A stretch of DNA of 64,000 nt from Selaginella moellendorffii (Eukaryota; Plantae; Lycopodiophyta), in contig NW_003314396.1 in the NCBI RefSeq assembly GCF_000143415.4, positions 100,895 to 164,894 of the forward strand, in the 5' to 3' direction. The notes under the pieces were generated by a model that saw only the letters and a program-made list of their open reading frames with translations, made no database searches and was not told the DNA's origin. The translations under genes and the position numbers were made by a program. The first letter of the stretch is position 1; each line of letters opens with the position of its first letter. Shown one piece after another: positions 12,328 to 26,701 of the stretch.

Positions 12328-13079
12328 GTGGGCTCATGCAATTTTGAACCCAAAAATGCACCAAAAAATGCTCGACTAGCATTATTCTTTGAATGGCGTG
12401 TGGCCTTATATTGCCATAAATGAATGTACACACACAGCATAATTATTCTTTTACACAGCGAATAATCTTGGCGCGGATCACTGACACGGCATGGCAAAGT
12501 TCTAATCACTGACATGGCACAGCTGGATCGAGGCAAGGACATGATGTGACAAAGTTCAACCTCCGACAGCAAAATCTAGAAGCTACTCAGTTTGAAATTT
12601 GTCAGAGGAATCATAAGATCTGGTTTGTCAGAGGATTTGATGTGACGTTCAAGCGTGTGTTATTTTTGAATTCTCGAACTCATTCCTAGGTCTATCATTT
12701 TTGTGCGCCGTGTTCTTGGTTCCGCTGAGCGCAGTGAGCGCTGCTTGTGTAAGCGGCGTTGTGAGCTGTGGTTTATGCGTCTACAAGCAGTTGCGGCATT
12801 GCGAGTGCCATTGCGAGCGGCAGTTTATGCGAGTGGCAGTTTGTGCGAGCGGCGCTACGAGCAGTTGTGGTGTTGCGAGCGGCACTACAAGTAGTTGCGG
12901 TGTTGCGAGCGGCACTGTTTTTGGTGTGGCTACCGCTTCCTCTTGATATTCGGCACTTGTGTTTCTTGGTATGTTCACCATGGAATGGCTTAGGACCACA
13001 TTTAGAAATGGCATGAGGCCACATGCCATCTTGGGCCCTTGCAATTTCATGGCTAGCGTATTGTCATGTATGTTTTTAC
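12328..13079 (+). repeat. Duplicate of TIR-element internal sequence 43385-44136
   Basis: Direct near-identity, including the palindrome at 13008-13029. Confidence 0.9.
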
Positions 13080-13216
13080 AAACATAAGTCTTGCAAGCGT
13101 TCAAAGAGTCTTTATATCGAGAATTGTAGTGATATCATTGTGGACATAAGGATGGGAACAAACATTACAAACTAAAGTCTATGGTGACTACAAAAGAAGC
13201 AAAAGTTCTTCATGAA

Positions 13217-14360
13217 TGTAGCGCACGTGGTTTTGACCCTTTATCCTATGGTGATTTACCATAGGATAACACCACAAAGTGGAACCTAAACCCTCTTTGT
13301 GCCACATGACAGATGCCACGTGTCCATGCCATGTGTCCATAGGAACCCGAGGTTCAGGGCCTTGGGCCACTGAACAAAGGAACGGTGCCAAACTCCCAAG
13401 CGTGGAGCCAAGGAGTGATGGAACCGGACCACGGAGCAACTCCCGAGCATATAGCCCAAGGAGCGAAGGGACAGGAGCCCGGAGCGACTTGGAACAGTCT
13501 TGGAGCAACCAGCATCCCAATGCCAGGACCAGCACGCAAAACAGAGCCAAACAGAGTCTGGCACTATTTCGGCATACCGGTGGCCTAACGTGAGGATATG
13601 GGTACTCCACCAGCTAGCATGGAATGGAACTTGAGCTTAGACCCAAGCCGGATGCAGAACAAGGAAAGGCACGCAAGCGGGAGCTAGACTATGCCTCAGG
13701 TTGGTTGGCCATGCCCGACCTACCCACTATCCCTACTATACATTTAGAACCCCCCATAGCCCCCCCCCCCCCCCCCCCTTGAGGAACACACGCTTTGGGC
13801 TTTCACCCCAAGCCTCCCTTAGTATCAGGAGTTAGTCTCTGGGACAAGCTCGAAACTTACTAAATATGGAATGTCACTAGATTGCGAATTTGGACATGGG
13901 ACGAACACCATTGTGTTCAAGATGATCTCTACATTCCATAGATATGCCAAATGAGCAAATCTGGACACTTTCCATAAATAGCATTTGGGACCGAATTGAG
14001 ACTAACGCTAAGGGCATGATAGCGAGGGTGTTTGGCAGACACAGTAAACTATCATCTAGCGATATTGAGGGACCAAGCTCAATATCGCGGGGGTTCCCAA
14101 CACTAGCAAGTGCAAGCCAACATCATGAGTTTCTCATCACCGTGTCAAGTCTGCTTGACTAAATGACAACTTAGGATTTCCTTCCTTAGTGCCCTTCCGG
14201 TCTAAGTGCACATGTGATGACCAGTTTCTCAACTAGCTTAGGCGGAGACTAATAACGGGCCCAGCAATACCGACCTCCTACCATCGTGGTAGTAAGGTAA
14301 GAGTGTCCGTAAGGACTAGCTGACAGGTAACTTTTGATACCCGAAGTCACATTCGCGACA
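13217..14360 (-). mobile_element. Solo LTR, family C
   Basis: TG...CA ends with a perfect 5-bp TSD ATGAA (13212-13216 and 14361-14365); homologous to 62656-63766; strand inferred from the block shared with A and B LTRs. Confidence 0.9.
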
Positions 14361-14684
14361 ATGAAGAATTATAGTCAAGGTTGTCATCATTATGGTGAGC
14401 TTAGACATTACAGAAAAGCTTGAGGATAAGTTTCCACATGTAAAGCTCTATCTTGTCTTTTTTTCCTACAAATATCTTACAATGGATGATAATTCCTGAA
14501 TATATTGGTGTGTGGTTTTCTTAATTTTATTTGTTGTAGACTAAGTTGAAGATTTTTTCTTGAATCTTGAGAGGCAAATTCTTGAGTGCCTTCGAGAGTC
14601 TTTTTGTATTTTGCATTCAAAGATAAGAAATGTCATGGTTGCAATTTATTTGATTTTCCCATCTTCTTCTTCTAATTCTATTAT

Positions 14685-15194
14685 TGTAGCGCACATGCTT
14701 TTTACCCTATCTTATGGTGATTTAGCATAGGATAACACCATGAAGCAGAACCTAAACCCTCCATGTGCCATGTGTCATATGCCACGTGTCCATAGGATAG
14801 TGGTGTGGAACCCAGGTTCAAGGCCTTGGGCCACTGAACGAACGAACGGTGCCAAACTCCCAAACATGGAGCCAAGGAGTGATGGAATTGGACCATAGAG
14901 CAACTCCCAAATATACAGCCCAAGGAGCAAAAGGACAGGAGAACAGAGCAACTTGGAACAATCCTAGAGTATCCAACATCCCAATGCTAGGAAATGCACG
15001 CAAAATGGAGCTAAATGGAATCTAGCACTATTTCAGTATACCTGTGGCCTAATGCGAGGACATGGGTACTCCACCAGCTAGCATGGTGTGGAACTTGGGC
15101 TTAGACCCAAGCCCGACGTAGAACAAGGACAAGCATACAAGCGGGAGCTAGACTATGCCTCAGGTTGGTTGGCCATGTCTGACCTTGGGCTTTC
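14685..15194 (-). mobile_element. Partial family C LTR interrupted by a B-type element
   Basis: Starts TGTAGCGCAC like 13217 and aligns to ~13720, then jumps to TGGGCTTTC. Confidence 0.8.
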
Positions 15195-16561
15195 TGTAGG
15201 AATTGACTCCTCGAGATGTTGTAGGCTAAAGGATCCCTGAAAGCATGACCGAAATGACAAAGAGTTCATCGGATGGGACTGAGTCGAAGATCGAGTCCAA
15301 GATTGACTCTGAGACCGAGTTTGAGATAGAGTTCGGGATCGAGCCCGAGGCCGAATCGGAGACCGAGTCCGAGATCGAGTTCGAGACCGAGTTCGAGACA
15401 GAGTCTGAGATCCAAATCGGGTCCGAGACCAAGTCCGAGGTCAAGTCCGAAGTCGGTGATACTTCCAAACTAACTTGAGGTTGAGACTGGGGCCGAGGGG
15501 ACTTGGGTGGGAGGGAGCATGGGCTTGGGTGGTGCCGGAGGGGCCACCTAGGGAAGTGCTCAAGGGCAGCTCCCACTTCTGAAAGGGAAACCGACTGTGG
15601 TGCTCCCAGCTCGTGTGGAGTGGTAGAGGTACGCCACGGTGTTTCACCCCGATGTCCCGAAGAAAGTGTGGCACCCAAGACTTGGGATTTAGAGGGTCCC
15701 ATGATCAAGTCTTGTTGTACCAAGGGGTGTTAGGAACCTAGAGGCTTGGTGTGCTTGGCTGCCTGTGCTTGCGGGGAGTGTAGCCGAACCTTAAGTCCAG
15801 TCTAACCCAGGGAGTGGGATTGGGAGAGATTTGGGAATCCGTGGATGGATTGCTAACACTCCATTGCTCATGTAGTGAGTAGCAAGCCGGACTAACGGTG
15901 CAGCAGCTAGGCGAACCAAGGACTATAGAGTTTGTTCAAGGTAGCCAAAGCATAGATGAGGTACTTCGACAAGCGAGAGTCGAAGTAGGGACATGAAAAG
16001 TGGACATGGATTTCACCGTGTTGGACATGGCGGGATTTGATGTGATCTTCGGAATGGATTGGTTCAATCGGTTCGTGGTAGCCCTGCATGGACAACGTAG
16101 AAACCTTGTCATACTGGTGAATGCCTAAAGAAGAAGATGTAGGGTGGAGGCCCAAGATCTAAAGGTAGGGCAAAGCAAGGCCAAAGATTCCTGCTTAAAC
16201 CTGGTGTCCACGAGAGGACAACTCACTAGAAGAACTAAGGCAGCATTTTTGTGCTTACTCTCGGTGAAGAGTGACAAAAAGACAGGAATGGAAGAAGTAC
16301 CTTTAGTGATCCAGCAGGTGTTGGACCAATTCCAGGATACCATGCCGGAGGAGCTACCGGCGGGGCTACCCCCAGCATGACCGATAGAACATAAGATTGA
16401 GCTGGTCGAGGGTGCTGAGGCAGTGGTTCGTCCCCCTTATCGTTTGAACGAAAAAGAACTCAAGGAGCTCAAGGGCCAACTAGAGGAGTTGGTGGACAAA
16501 GGGTATGTTAGGTTGAGCAAGTCGCCGTATGGGGTGCCAGTGTTATTTGTGAAATAGAAAG
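15195..16561 (+). mobile_element. Deleted older B-subfamily gypsy (truncated LTR 15195-~15882 fused to a protease/RT-start fragment)
   Basis: LTR similar to 35552 onward; ~15882-16561 matches ~38113-38791 with stop codons. Confidence 0.85.
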
Positions 16562-19500
16562 TGTAAGCGACTAATTTTTCCATTCTACTTTAGTCACTTA
16601 ACCACACATTCGACCACTTGGAGGAGTCTCACTCACAACCTTCTTAAGTCCAATTCAAGGCTTGGGACTTACTAGCCCCGAGAATGGCATCTATGCCACT
16701 CATCCCTTGCACTTAGTCCAAGTGCTCCACATGTCTGATCCCAAGACCGACACCCCAAGGTACCACCGACATACTAGCCCATTACGCTAAGGCCATGCCC
16801 CTTTACCTTGGTCATATTAGTGGTCTAACACCACCTGCATCACAACCCCGTCTCTCAAGGACTGGACCATCCGTCCATGAGTGATCATTCCAGATCCACT
16901 CCTTAGCATCCTTAGGATACCCACAGACGTGGGGAATAGTCTTCCCCAATATCCCTTTTCTGGTCCCCACCAAGTCCCTTTCTGCCCACGGCCGTGATCA
17001 CCAACACTACCACTGAATTGAGGCCCACCGGCCCGACCACTAAGTCCCACGGTCCTCTAGGACTTCCTCACCACACGAACTGTGTCCTTGGTCACTACCC
17101 CAGAGGACTGCTCCTCTTCCTTTCCACAGTCTGGGCCTTTGGGACAACATTTCGGAGCACCGTGGCCTTACGCGAGCCACCTGGGTACTCTCCCCGCCTT
17201 TTGCCTTTAGGTGCTCTAGCCATGGGCTTAGAGCAAGGTTCCGTTGAGCCATACCTGGTATCCAAGCAGGTAGTGCCACCCACACTTGGACTGGGAGCAT
17301 CGGCCAGTCGATCTCCCGGGGGAACTAGAGCCGGCTCTTGAACACTTCACCAAGCTACCCTGCTTGTCTGTCTGTATTCACTCTAGTCTTGGACTTCCTA
17401 GTGGTCAGTTCATAACTCAACACTGGGTCTGGCCTTCTTGGGCCAAACTGGCCTTTCCTGGCCAAACTGGCTCCACTGCAATCCTCCCCCTTACTATACT
17501 TTTGGAGCTCACCAAACCCCCCAGGGTCTGGGAGACGAATGCTTTGGGCTTTCATCCTCTCAGACTCGAACTCGGACTCGGACTCAGACTCGGACTCGGA
17601 CTGACTCTCCAACTTAGAAACTGATTGGACCACTTGTGGTGGTTCTTTCTGTTTATTGGTTTAGTTCTCGCTAAACTTGTTAAAGACACCGTCACTACTC
17701 CATCTTGAGTAGTTTCAATTTTCATCGATATAACCTTTGCACTTTTGGAACGTTTACTTTTGACTTCTTGAAGTCAATTTTCCTAGATGTCTCTGACACC
17801 TTGCCTTGCACATTTTGTGCAACTCCACTTCCCCTCTTAGGAAGTTCTCTACTCGAGGGCACCCTCATCCTCTTTTCTATTTTTGTGCCACCATTGGCAT
17901 TACATTCCATTTATCATTATTTGTGCTAAGGTTGTCCACGGCCCTATCTTTTGGCTACTTAATTGCTCCTTCACTTGGAGCCTTTCCTTTGCCAAATTGG
18001 AGCACTTGGGAATCCATCCTTGGAAGTCCACTTCTTTTTCCGCAATCCATTAGTATCAAACACATTAGTGTTCCTTGGTTAACTTTGCCACTTGGATTCT
18101 TTCCAATGGATTCCACGTCCCTATCTTGGGCACTCGTCTTTTGCTTCTATCCTTGGATTGTTGCACCAAAGAACATAGGATCATTACCTCCCTCCTGGAG
18201 GTATTCTTTTGGTTCCATAGCATAGGATCTACTTTGCCCAGACTAGGGTGTTCACCCCTAGTAAGTCTCCCCAACTGTTCTAGGCTCTCTTCCTAGCCCA
18301 ACCTTGTGACCCACCCATGGGCCTGTCTCTGGAGACTATTCTCTTGAACTTGTAATACCATTGTATTGTAGTAGTTCATTTCCCTTAGGTGTCCTTCCCA
18401 CTTAGTCACCTTGACCAAGCCACACCTTTATTAATAGTTCAAATCAACACTTTGAACTAGGAATCATATTCCTTAACCCAAACAAAGACCTTGTCCTTGT
18501 TTAGCCATAAGATCACCTAGTGATCTCATCTTGACCCCTTAATAGGTCTACCAATAGGAATTAGGTCTTCCAGACCTTACTAAGTTATTGACTATGACCC
18601 CGGGGGCATCCCCCACACTTGGCGGTGCACCCAAGCTAGCCCTTCCGGCCAAGGATCCATAGCAACTGAGACTGGGTGTCCCCATCTCATTCACCACGTC
18701 CTTGGTGCCTTTTGCACCAAAGTGTTCAAGTTAGATATGCCGAGCTTTCACTCTAAGCAATCTAACCATGCATCATGACTCCGGGGCATCCCCCGCTTGG
18801 CAGTGTGCCCAAGCCAATCTCCACACTGAGAGTCCATGACCACCGAAAAATGAGTGTTCTCATATTCCAAACCATCACCACGCCCTAGTGAGTTGGGACT
18901 GGAACCCAAGCACTAGAGGGTCGGGACTCGAACCCAACCTCCATATATGCATCTACGGACGGCATCACCTAGGATGCCTAGCGTGACTCATCACGCCGGT
19001 GCACCAACTTTTACTCAAAGCGTGCTATAGATCACAACTTAGGAACCTAGTTCCTCCACACTGCCAAGTCCTCTCACTTGACAAGTCTGTGATCATGTAT
19101 GGACTCCTCCATGCTTGGCCCCATGGCCCACCCTTTTTGAAGTTATCACCTTCAACTAGGGTATTTGTTCCCCTAACTTGCCAATCTCGCTTTGGCAAGT
19201 CCTTCGACCACTGTAACATGGTTCCTGCACAAGCGTGAAAGCCCTTGATCATCAACTTTTGTTCAAAGCCCTCTCTTTGAACACTCGGGAACTACTTCCA
19301 TAACCTTGATAGCCTTGCCTCATGGCAAACTTCAAGACCATGCTTCTGCTGCGCCACTCTGATTTCGCACGTTCCTTGAACCATTTACGCTTGGCATTTC
19401 TAGGTACTAAGCTACCTAGAATCATCTTTGGGAACTCTGTCCCTTAACTTGCTAAGGCCTCCCTTTTTGGAAGCTTTCCAATTACCATATAGTCTAACAT

Positions 19501-21376
19501 GAACAATTCCAAATTTTAGACTCTCCATGGCATCACGGTTGTTAGCGGCAACACCCTCGAGCCCCCACTTGATTCTCCACTCCCAGCTAGCATAACCAAC
19601 CTTGGTTATGCCCTTCGATTCCTATGGTTCGGTTTTATCCCCTTACTTCTTGCTTTCGGCTTCACACCTCTCTTTCGGTCATTCTCCTCCAGACCAGGAG
19701 GATAGCTTTGCACTTTCCATCATGCCTTAGCAAATATTCTTAGGGATGAACTTACCCGATAGCCTAGGGAGTGGTTCCTCAATCCAGGTATGCTCACCTT
19801 ATAATCCCACACACCAGGATTACGTTGTTGCTTATGGGCCTTTACATGCCTATCGCTAGCCTTGCTAAAATTCCATTTTTTGGCTTTGTCCAATTCCAGT
19901 AGACAATCTTCTCCTATCTCCGCCACCTTGGACATTTGGATAGCACCTTCTATCCCTCATTCGCTAGGGACTTAGTCCCTTGGGCCTTATCTATTGCCTT
20001 CACGACATCAAACACCACCTCCTGGTGTTCTAGAGTGTTCGGGTGTCCCAATGATGGCCTCCTGATAATGAGCATTCCCGTTTACGACATTGACTTACTA
20101 TATCGCAACATAAGCAACTTATCCCCCGTAAGGGTATATCTAACTTCCCTATGCCATTAAAAAGGCTTGGGTAGTTACCTTCTACCCGTTTAACCAATTA
20201 TTTTGCACCTTTTGCTTAGTTGCCTCATAGTTGTCAAGTCCTACAACTCATTGCTGGTGCTTCCACACCTTCATTATTATCTGGGTCACCACACTCCAAC
20301 TACATGCTCTGCAACTTAGGCTATGCCATTCCCATTTCCATTGGGATTCCTTTGGCGAGGGGTTCTCATGAACCCACCAACATAACCTCAAGGTATCACA
20401 CCTTGGCACATTTGGTGTCTCCACACCATCGGCTCCACGAGCCTACCTTTATGACACTTCTTCTTTGTGTCTAAGTCCTTGCCAAGACCAATACCACTCT
20501 TTCTCATGCCAACCATCCATTAGCACTGCACCATAGTGGTCACACACAACTTTGTGTCAAAGTTGTTTTCTTTTGGGAACACCTTTCCCATGACTTTAGC
20601 ATGGCACATTTTGCTGTCGATGAGATACCCTCTGTTCTCATCCTTGGATCCTATGATCCCCCCCATCCTTCGTGGAGTACCACACACCTCAGTCTAAATG
20701 CTTCCATCAGTCCTTTAGGACCATTCCCTGACTCTACTTGAGTCATCCAGCAGTTTTGGACTTGGTTAATCCATAGACCCATAAGGTCCTACTTGTGGGG
20801 CATTAGCTCACTGGAATACATTTCTTGCATTCATGTCCTCACTCACAAGGACTATTTTCACAAGTGTTACTCTGACACTTGATTTTGTTCTCTGGGGCAA
20901 CCTTTGCCCCTTAGGACTACTCGTCCATGTGATGAGAATACCAACTCATCTCTAAGTACACCCCCTAACTCCTTGGGTTGTTCCAGCATTTATTAAAGGT
21001 AGCCCCGGCTACCATTTCAAGGACTTGAGCCCTCTTCCGTATTTGACCTCCCACAGTCATTACTTCTGGTCTCACATTAATGAGCACCAACCTCAATTAT
21101 ATGAGGATAATCTTGTGACTCCTTTATTGCTTTGGAGTCTTTATCTTTCACGTGATCCCAACTATAGTTGTTTATCACAACTACGTTAGCCCGTTTGTTG
21201 CATCAAACACTCATTTGGATCACATCCTCAGCTCTCTGAGGAAACCTTATACTGTTCCCAAGATCCCAAAGTCGTTCCATTATTGGCCCCTTTTCTATCC
21301 ACCACATTGTGCTGAAGTTCACGCATGAACTTGAGTGGAGAGCCATGTCCTCTCGACATACTACTCCTCAAGGATA
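16562..21376 (-). mobile_element. Family A copy A2 (5'-truncated, with a deletion between LTR and interior at ~17603)
   Basis: Reverse complement of the A1 LTR end, then of the A1 interior ~1515-5297. Confidence 0.88.
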
Positions 21377-21462
21377 AGGACTCTTCTAGAACAATATCGC
21401 ACCAAGTTGAAATTCAGCACAGCCTATCACCCACAAACAGGTATTGGGTATTAAGTCAAGTT
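21377..21462 (+). mobile_element. 86-bp scrap of B integrase including the 5' half of intron 1
   Basis: Matches ~40864-40949 (KLKFSTAYHPQT then GTATTGGGTATTAAG). Confidence 0.8.
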
Positions 21463-24400
21463 TAGGACTCCATCTCAATCCATCTCGGACTCCATCTCGG
21501 GTCCATCTCGGAATCCATCTCGGGTCCATCTTGGACTACATCTCGGACTTAGCCACATGTTATGTGTTGGTCCTCTTGTGTCCCTTTTCTAAAGACTCAC
21601 TCATTGCTTGCTTTGTGCTTGTTCCTCGAACACTTCATTGGGAGTTCCACTCCCGCTCTCAATCTTTCAAGTCAGAGTTTTTAGTCCAAATGTGTTACGT
21701 TTGTTTGGCTTTCGCTTCAGCCACTACCACGTGGCACCCTTTCAGCTCCACTTTGAGGCCTAGGGATTTTGTGTCTCACAATTCCACCACCCATAGACGA
21801 AGTTTGATGTCCTCATCGAACGATAAACCATTTTATAAAGTAATACCAACGTGTATTACTCTTCCCATTCTTGACACCCCGCCAATATTCGTCAATGGTT
21901 TGATACCGAAGGCTCACCATGCCTTACCCATCCTCTAAGGAGGATAGTCTCTCCAACTTAGAGACTGATTGGACCACTTGTAGTGGTTCTCTCCTTTTAT
22001 TGGTTTAGTTCTCATTAAACCTGTTAGAAACACCGTCTCTATCTCAATCCCATGACTCCTTCTTGAGTAGTCTCTGTTTCCATCGATATAACATTTGCAC
22101 TTTGGAACTTTTACTTTTGACTTCTTGAAGTCAATTTTCTAGGTGTCTCCGACACCTTGCATTGCACATATTGTGCAACTCCACTTCCCCACCCTAGGAA
22201 GTTTTCAACTTGAGGGCATCATCATCCTCTTTTCTATTTCGTAATTTCTTAGGCACTAAATTCCAGTTATCATAATTTGTGCTAGGGTTATCCATGGCCT
22301 TATCATTTGGCTACCTTACCGCTCCCTCCCTTGGAGCTTCCACTTTCCCCAAATCGGAGCAATTGGGAATCCATCCTTGGAAACATCTTGCCTTTCCCAC
22401 AATTCGTTAACCCCCAACACATTAGTGTTCTTGGCTTAACTTTGCATTTTGGATTCTTTCCCATTGTTCCCATGGCTCTTTTTTTAGCCATTAGTCTTTT
22501 GCTCCTATCCTTGATTGTTGCACCCAGCAACATAGGATCGCTACCCCCATTTTCAAGGTATCCTTTTGGTTCTTTAACAAACACTTTGCTTTGCCAAGTC
22601 CAAAGGGTGTTCACCCTTAGTATGTCTCTTTAACATTTCCTGCTGTAGGCTCTATCCACAGCCCAACTTTTGAGACCCTCCCTTGGATCTCTTATAGAGA
22701 CTACTTTCCTCAGACTTACTATGCCATCGCATTGATATAACTCATTTCTCTGAGGTGTTTTTCCCACTTGGTCACCTTATCCAAGCCACACCATCATCAA
22801 TAGTTTAAATCAACACTCTTAAACTAGGAACTTTATCCCTTAACCTCACAAGGACCTTGTCCTTGTTTAAGCCATAAGACCACCTAGTGATCTAACCTTG
22901 GCACTTAACAAGTTTGTCAATAGGTACTAGGTCTTCCAAGCCTTTAAGCTGTTGACCATGACCCCGAGGACATCTCCATACTTGGTAATGCACCCAAGAT
23001 AGCCTTTCTGGCCAAGGGTCCATGGCAACTAAGACTGGGTATCCTCATCTAATTCACCACGTCCTTGGTGCCACTTGCACCAAAGTGTTCAAGTTAGATA
23101 TGCCGAGCTTTCACACTAAGCAATCTAACCGTGTATCACGACTTCGAGGCATCCCCCATTTGGCGGTGTGCCCAAGCTAGTCTCCTTACTAAAAGTCCAT
23201 GATCACCGAAAAATGAGTGTCCTCATATTCCAAACTATCACCTCGCCCTAGTGAGTTGGGACTCGAACCCAAACACTAGAGGATAGCTTTGCACTTGCTT
23301 TGCACTGGAGGATAGCTTTGCACTTTCTACCATGCCTTAGCAAGTATTCATAGGGATGAACCTACTCAATAGCCTCGGGAGTGGTTCCTTAATCTAGGTA
23401 TGCTCACCTTGTAATCCCATACACCGGGATTAACGTTGCTGCTCATGGGCCTTTATATGCCCATCATTAGCCTTGCCAAAATCCCTTTTTGGCTTTGTCT
23501 AATTCAGGTAGAGAGATTTCTCCCGTCTTTACAACCTTGGACGTTTGGATAGCACATTCTATCCATCATTCGCTAGGGACTTTGTCCCTTGGGCCTTATC
23601 TATTGCCCTCGCAACACTAAACACCACCTTTTGGTGTTCTAGAGTGTTTGCGTGTCTCAATGATGGCCACCTTGACAATGAACATTTCCTTTTACGACAT
23701 TGATTTACTATATCGCAACATAAGCAATTTATCCTCGATAAGGGTATATTTAACTTCTTTATGCCATTAAAAAGTCTTGGATAACTACCTTCTACCTGTT
23801 TAACCAATTACCTACACCTCTTGCTTAGTTGCCTCATAGTTGTCAAGTTTTACAACTCATTGCTAGTGCTTCCACACCTCCATCATTATCTGGGTCACCA
23901 CACTCTACCACATGCCTTCCAGCTTAGGCTATGCCATTCCCATTTCCATTAGAATTCCCTTGGCAAGGGGTTCTCATGAACCCATCAACATAATCTCAAG
24001 GTATCACATCTTGGCCCATTTGGGTGTCTCCACACCATCGGCTCCATGAGTTTGCATTTATGACACTTTGCACTTGTGTCTAGGTAGGTCTTTACCAAGA
24101 CTAACTTAGTTGTTTCTCATGCCAACTATTTGTTAGCACTACACCATAGTATTTACATACAACTCTGCACCAAAGTTGCTTCTTCTGGGAACACCTTTCC
24201 CACGACTTTAGTATGGCACATTCTGCCACCCATGAGATACCCATTGTTCTCATACTTGGATCTTATAATCCTCCCCATCCATCGCGGGGCACAACACATG
24301 TTAGTCCAAAAGCTTCCATCAGTCCTTTAGGACCATTTTTTGACTCCAGTTAAGTCATTCAACCTTTTGGACCTTTCCTAATCCCCGACCTATAAGGTCT

Positions 24401-26701
24401 TACTTTTGAGATGTTAGCTCATTAGAATACAACTTCTTGTATTCATGTCCTACTCACCAAGACCACCATCATAAGTGTTATTCCAACACTTGACTATTTT
24501 TTGATAATTGTGGGCTACCTTCACCCGTTAGGATTATTCGTCCATATGATGAGAATATCGATTCATCCTCTAAGCACACCCCCAACTCCTGGGGTTGTTC
24601 CAGCAATTATTCAAGGTAGCCCAGCTACTATTCCAAGGACTTATGTCCTCATCCGTATTTAACCTCCTACAGTTATTCATTCTGGTCTCAAATTCATGAG
24701 CACTAGCCTCAACTTCATGAGGGTAATTTTGTGACACCTTTATCGTTTTGGAGTCTCTATCTTTCACGTGATCCCAACTATAGTTGTTTACCACAATTAC
24801 ATTAGTTAGTTTGTTGAGTCAAACGCTTATCTGGATCACATCCTCAACTCAATGAGGAAAACCTTGCACTGTTCCCAAGATCCCAAAGTCGTTCTATTTT
24901 TGGCCCTTTTCTATCCACCACCTCGTCTACAAGTTCACACATAAACTGTAATGGAGAGTCTTGTCATCCCGACCTGCTACTCATCAAGGATAGGCCCACT
25001 CCTCGGACCTTCTGATGCCAACACCAGTGGTGATATACTTGAGCACTAATAAAAGTCAGACTAAGGAACAACTCTGATACCAAGTTGTAAGTGACTAAAT
25101 TTTCCATTCTACTTTAGTCACTTAACCACACCTCCGACCACTTGGAGGAGTCTCACTTACAACCTCCATGAGTCCTATTTTGGACTTAGGGACTTGTTAA
25201 CCCCAAGAATGGCATCCATGCCACTCAACCATTGCACTTGGTCCAAGTGCTCCACATATTCGATCCCATGACCGACACCCCAAGGTACTACCAACATATC
25301 AGCCCGTTACACTAAGGCCATGCCTATTCACCTTGGTCATACCGGTGGCTTGACACCACCTACATCACAGTCCCGTCTCTCAAAGACTGCGCCATCCATC
25401 CATGAGTGATCATCCCAGATCCACTCCTTAGCATCCTTAGGATGCCCACAGACATGAGGAATAGGCTTCCCCAATATCTCTTTTTTGGTCCCCACCAAGT
25501 CCCTTCCTGTCCATGGCTGTGTTTGCCAACACTGCCACTGGATCAAAGCCAACAGGCCCGACCTCTAAGTCCCACTGTCCTTTGGGATTTCCTCACCATG
25601 TGACCATATCCTTGGTCACTGCACTAGAGGAATGCTCCTCTTCCTTTTCACTGTTTGGGACTTTGGGACAACATTTTAGAACACCATGGCCTTACACGAG
25701 CCTGATGGGTACTCTCCCCACCTTCTACCTTTGGGTGCTCTAGCCATGGACTTAGAGGGAGGTTCTATTGAGCCACACCAGGTATCCAAGTAGGTAGTGC
25801 CACCCACACTTGGTCTGGGAGCATCGGCTAGTCAATCTCCTGGGGGAACTAGAGCCAGCTCTTGAACACTTCACTAAGCTACCCCGCTTGTCGGTCCGTA
25901 TTCACTTTAGTCTTGGACTTCCCAGTGGGTAGCTCATCACCCAACACTGGGTACAGCCTTTCTAGGCCAAACTTGCTCCACTACAGTCCTCCCTGTTACT
26001 ATACTTTTAGAGCTCACCAAACCCCCTAGGGTCTAGGAGACAAACGCTTTGGGCTTTCACCCTCTCAAACTCGGACTCGGACTCAGACTCGGATTCGGAT
26101 TCAGACTCGGACTTGGGCTCAGGCTTGGTCTCGGACTCGGGCTCGAGCTTGGTCTTGGACTCAGCCTTGATCTCAGTCTCGGTCCCGATCTCAGTCTCAG
26201 TCTTGGCCCCGGTCGCGGTCTTGGTCCGGTCTTGGTCTCGGTCCCGGCCTCGGTCTTGGTCTCAGCCTCGGTCTCGGTCTCGGTCCTGGTCTTCGTCTCA
26301 ACCTTGGACTCCATTTTGGGTCCTTCTCAGACTCCATCTCAGTCCATCTCGGACTCCATCTTGGGTCCATCTTGGACTCCATCTCGGACTCCATCTCGAT
26401 CTATCTCGGACTCCATTTCGGGTCCATCTTGGACTCCATTTTGGGTCCATATCAGACTCTATCTTGGACTCAGCCACGTGTCATGTGTTGGTCCTCTTGT
26501 GTCCCTGTTCTAGAGACTCACTCATTGCTTGCTTTGTGCTTGTTCCTCGAACACTTCGTTGGGAGTTCCACTCCCGCTCTCAATCTTTCAAGTCGGAACT
26601 TTTAGTCCAAATGTGTTACGTTTGTTTGGCTTTCGCTTCGGCCACCACCACGTGGCACCCTTTCGGCTCCACTTTGGTGCCTAGGGATTTTGTGTCTCAC
26701 A
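21463..26701 (-). mobile_element. Family A copy A3 (5' LTR 25086-26701, PBS 25071-25082, PPT ~21781-21794, truncated 3' LTR 21463-21780)
   Basis: Reverse complement of A1; PBS reads TGGTATCAGAGT on the minus strand; internal deletion near 23285. Confidence 0.88.
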
